From Malacoraja senta (taxonomy: Eukaryota), in the NCBI GenBank assembly GCA_038087875.1, contig CM075982.1, positions 26,722,001-26,786,000 of the forward strand: a stretch of DNA of 64,000 bases, written 5' to 3'. Under the pieces are notes generated by a model that saw only the letters and a list, made by a program, of their open reading frames with translations, did no database searches and was not told the origin of the DNA. Of this stretch, positions 63,235 to 64,000 are shown piece after piece; positions within the stretch are counted from its first letter, which is position 1, and the number at the start of each line of letters is the position of its first letter. A program made the position numbers and the translations under genes.

Positions 63235-63420
63235 GGGACATTAAGTGCTGGATTAACTCAGTGGGTCAGGCAGCATCTCTGGAAAACATGGATAGGTGAT
63301 GTTTCGGTTCAAGACCCTTCTTCAGACGGAAAAATATCCATCTTCTCCAGTGATGCCTAACCTGATGAGTTACTCAGGGGGTATTAAGAGAGATGCATAT
63401 TAACTAGCATCTGCAGTTCT
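63235..63420. mobile_element. Degenerate palindromic hammerhead element ~85 bp upstream of the last exon
   Basis: AACTCAGTGGGTCAGGCAGCATCTCTGG...GACCCTTCTTCAGAC and a partial inverted arm. Confidence 0.7.
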
Positions 63421-63505
63421 TTGTTTTCACATTATTTTCAGTCTGGGATTGTTTTAAATATAGTCAGATATAAAAATAACTTTTTCTTCTGTCTGTTGAT
63501 TGCAG

Positions 63506-63684
63506 AGAGAGCATACGGATACCTTGCGCCACCTGAATACGATGCTGACATTTGCAGAATGCATTATGGACATTGCAGCATTGAAAGGAGGCAGCTTGGA
63601 GCTGGGGACCTCAGCTGCCTCTCTGTACCAAGTCCAGGAGAGCATAGTGGTTGACCAGATCAGCCGGCTCAGCAAGGAGTGGGG
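63506..63684 (+). CDS. ULK2: ULK2 exon 21 in window, start of EAT/tandem-MIT domain
   Basis: tgcag|AGA...GG|gtcagt; 179 bp; [11 protein letters not shown]...[17 protein letters not shown]. Confidence 0.97.
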
Positions 63685-63829
63685 GTCAGTATTTGTGTTG
63701 TTGATCACATTGTCTGGGGAAAATCTCAAATCGAACTGCGGCTTAAAATTATGCTGGACTGAAATTTAGATTATTTAGCATTTGGGTTAATTAATGCGAG
63801 TTTATATTATCCATTCAATGTGCAAATTT

Positions 63830-64000
63830 CTTTAGTCAGATGGTAGTGTGTGGAATTCTTTGCCACAGAAGGCTGTGGAGGCCAAGTCAATGGATATTTT
63901 TAAGGCAGAGATAGATAGATTCTTGATTTGTATGGGTGACAGGTTAAGGGGAAAAGACTGGAGAATGGGGTTAGGAGGGAGAGATAGATCAGCCATGATT
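63830..64000 (+). mobile_element. CR1 LINE 3' end running off the window
   Basis: GTGTGGAATTC..GCCACAGAAGGCTGTGGAGGCC...GATCAGCCATGATT; same tail type at ~3370-3415. Confidence 0.8.

Overview
Vertebrate, AT-rich genomic DNA, inferred to be a cartilaginous fish (skate/ray/shark) from its HE1-like V-SINEs and HER1/CR1 LINE tails. The window holds the interior of the autophagy kinase gene ULK2 on the + strand: 21 GT-AG coding exons (13298-63684) that splice into one open frame of 838 codons + 2 nt. It runs from the kinase hinge through the LIR and Ser/Pro-rich region to the start of the C-terminal EAT/MIT domain; the first and last exons lie outside the window. One 93-bp symmetric exon (37900-37992) has no counterpart in canonical human ULK2 as I recall it, but sits where ULK1 has an extra segment. 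The introns are dense with mobile DNA: V-SINEs, CR1 and Rex/Babar LINE remnants, a solo LTR, Harbinger- and hAT-type MITEs and a 1.5-kb TIR element. The most notable class is roughly 25-30 copies of a short Penelope-like element carrying a minimal hammerhead-ribozyme core (CTGAnGA-stem II-GAAA-NN-TH). Many copies are ~220-bp near-perfect palindromes with back-to-back hammerheads on opposite strands, flanked by 11-16 bp target-site duplications. All calls are by eye; family names come from recalled consensus features and need database confirmation.
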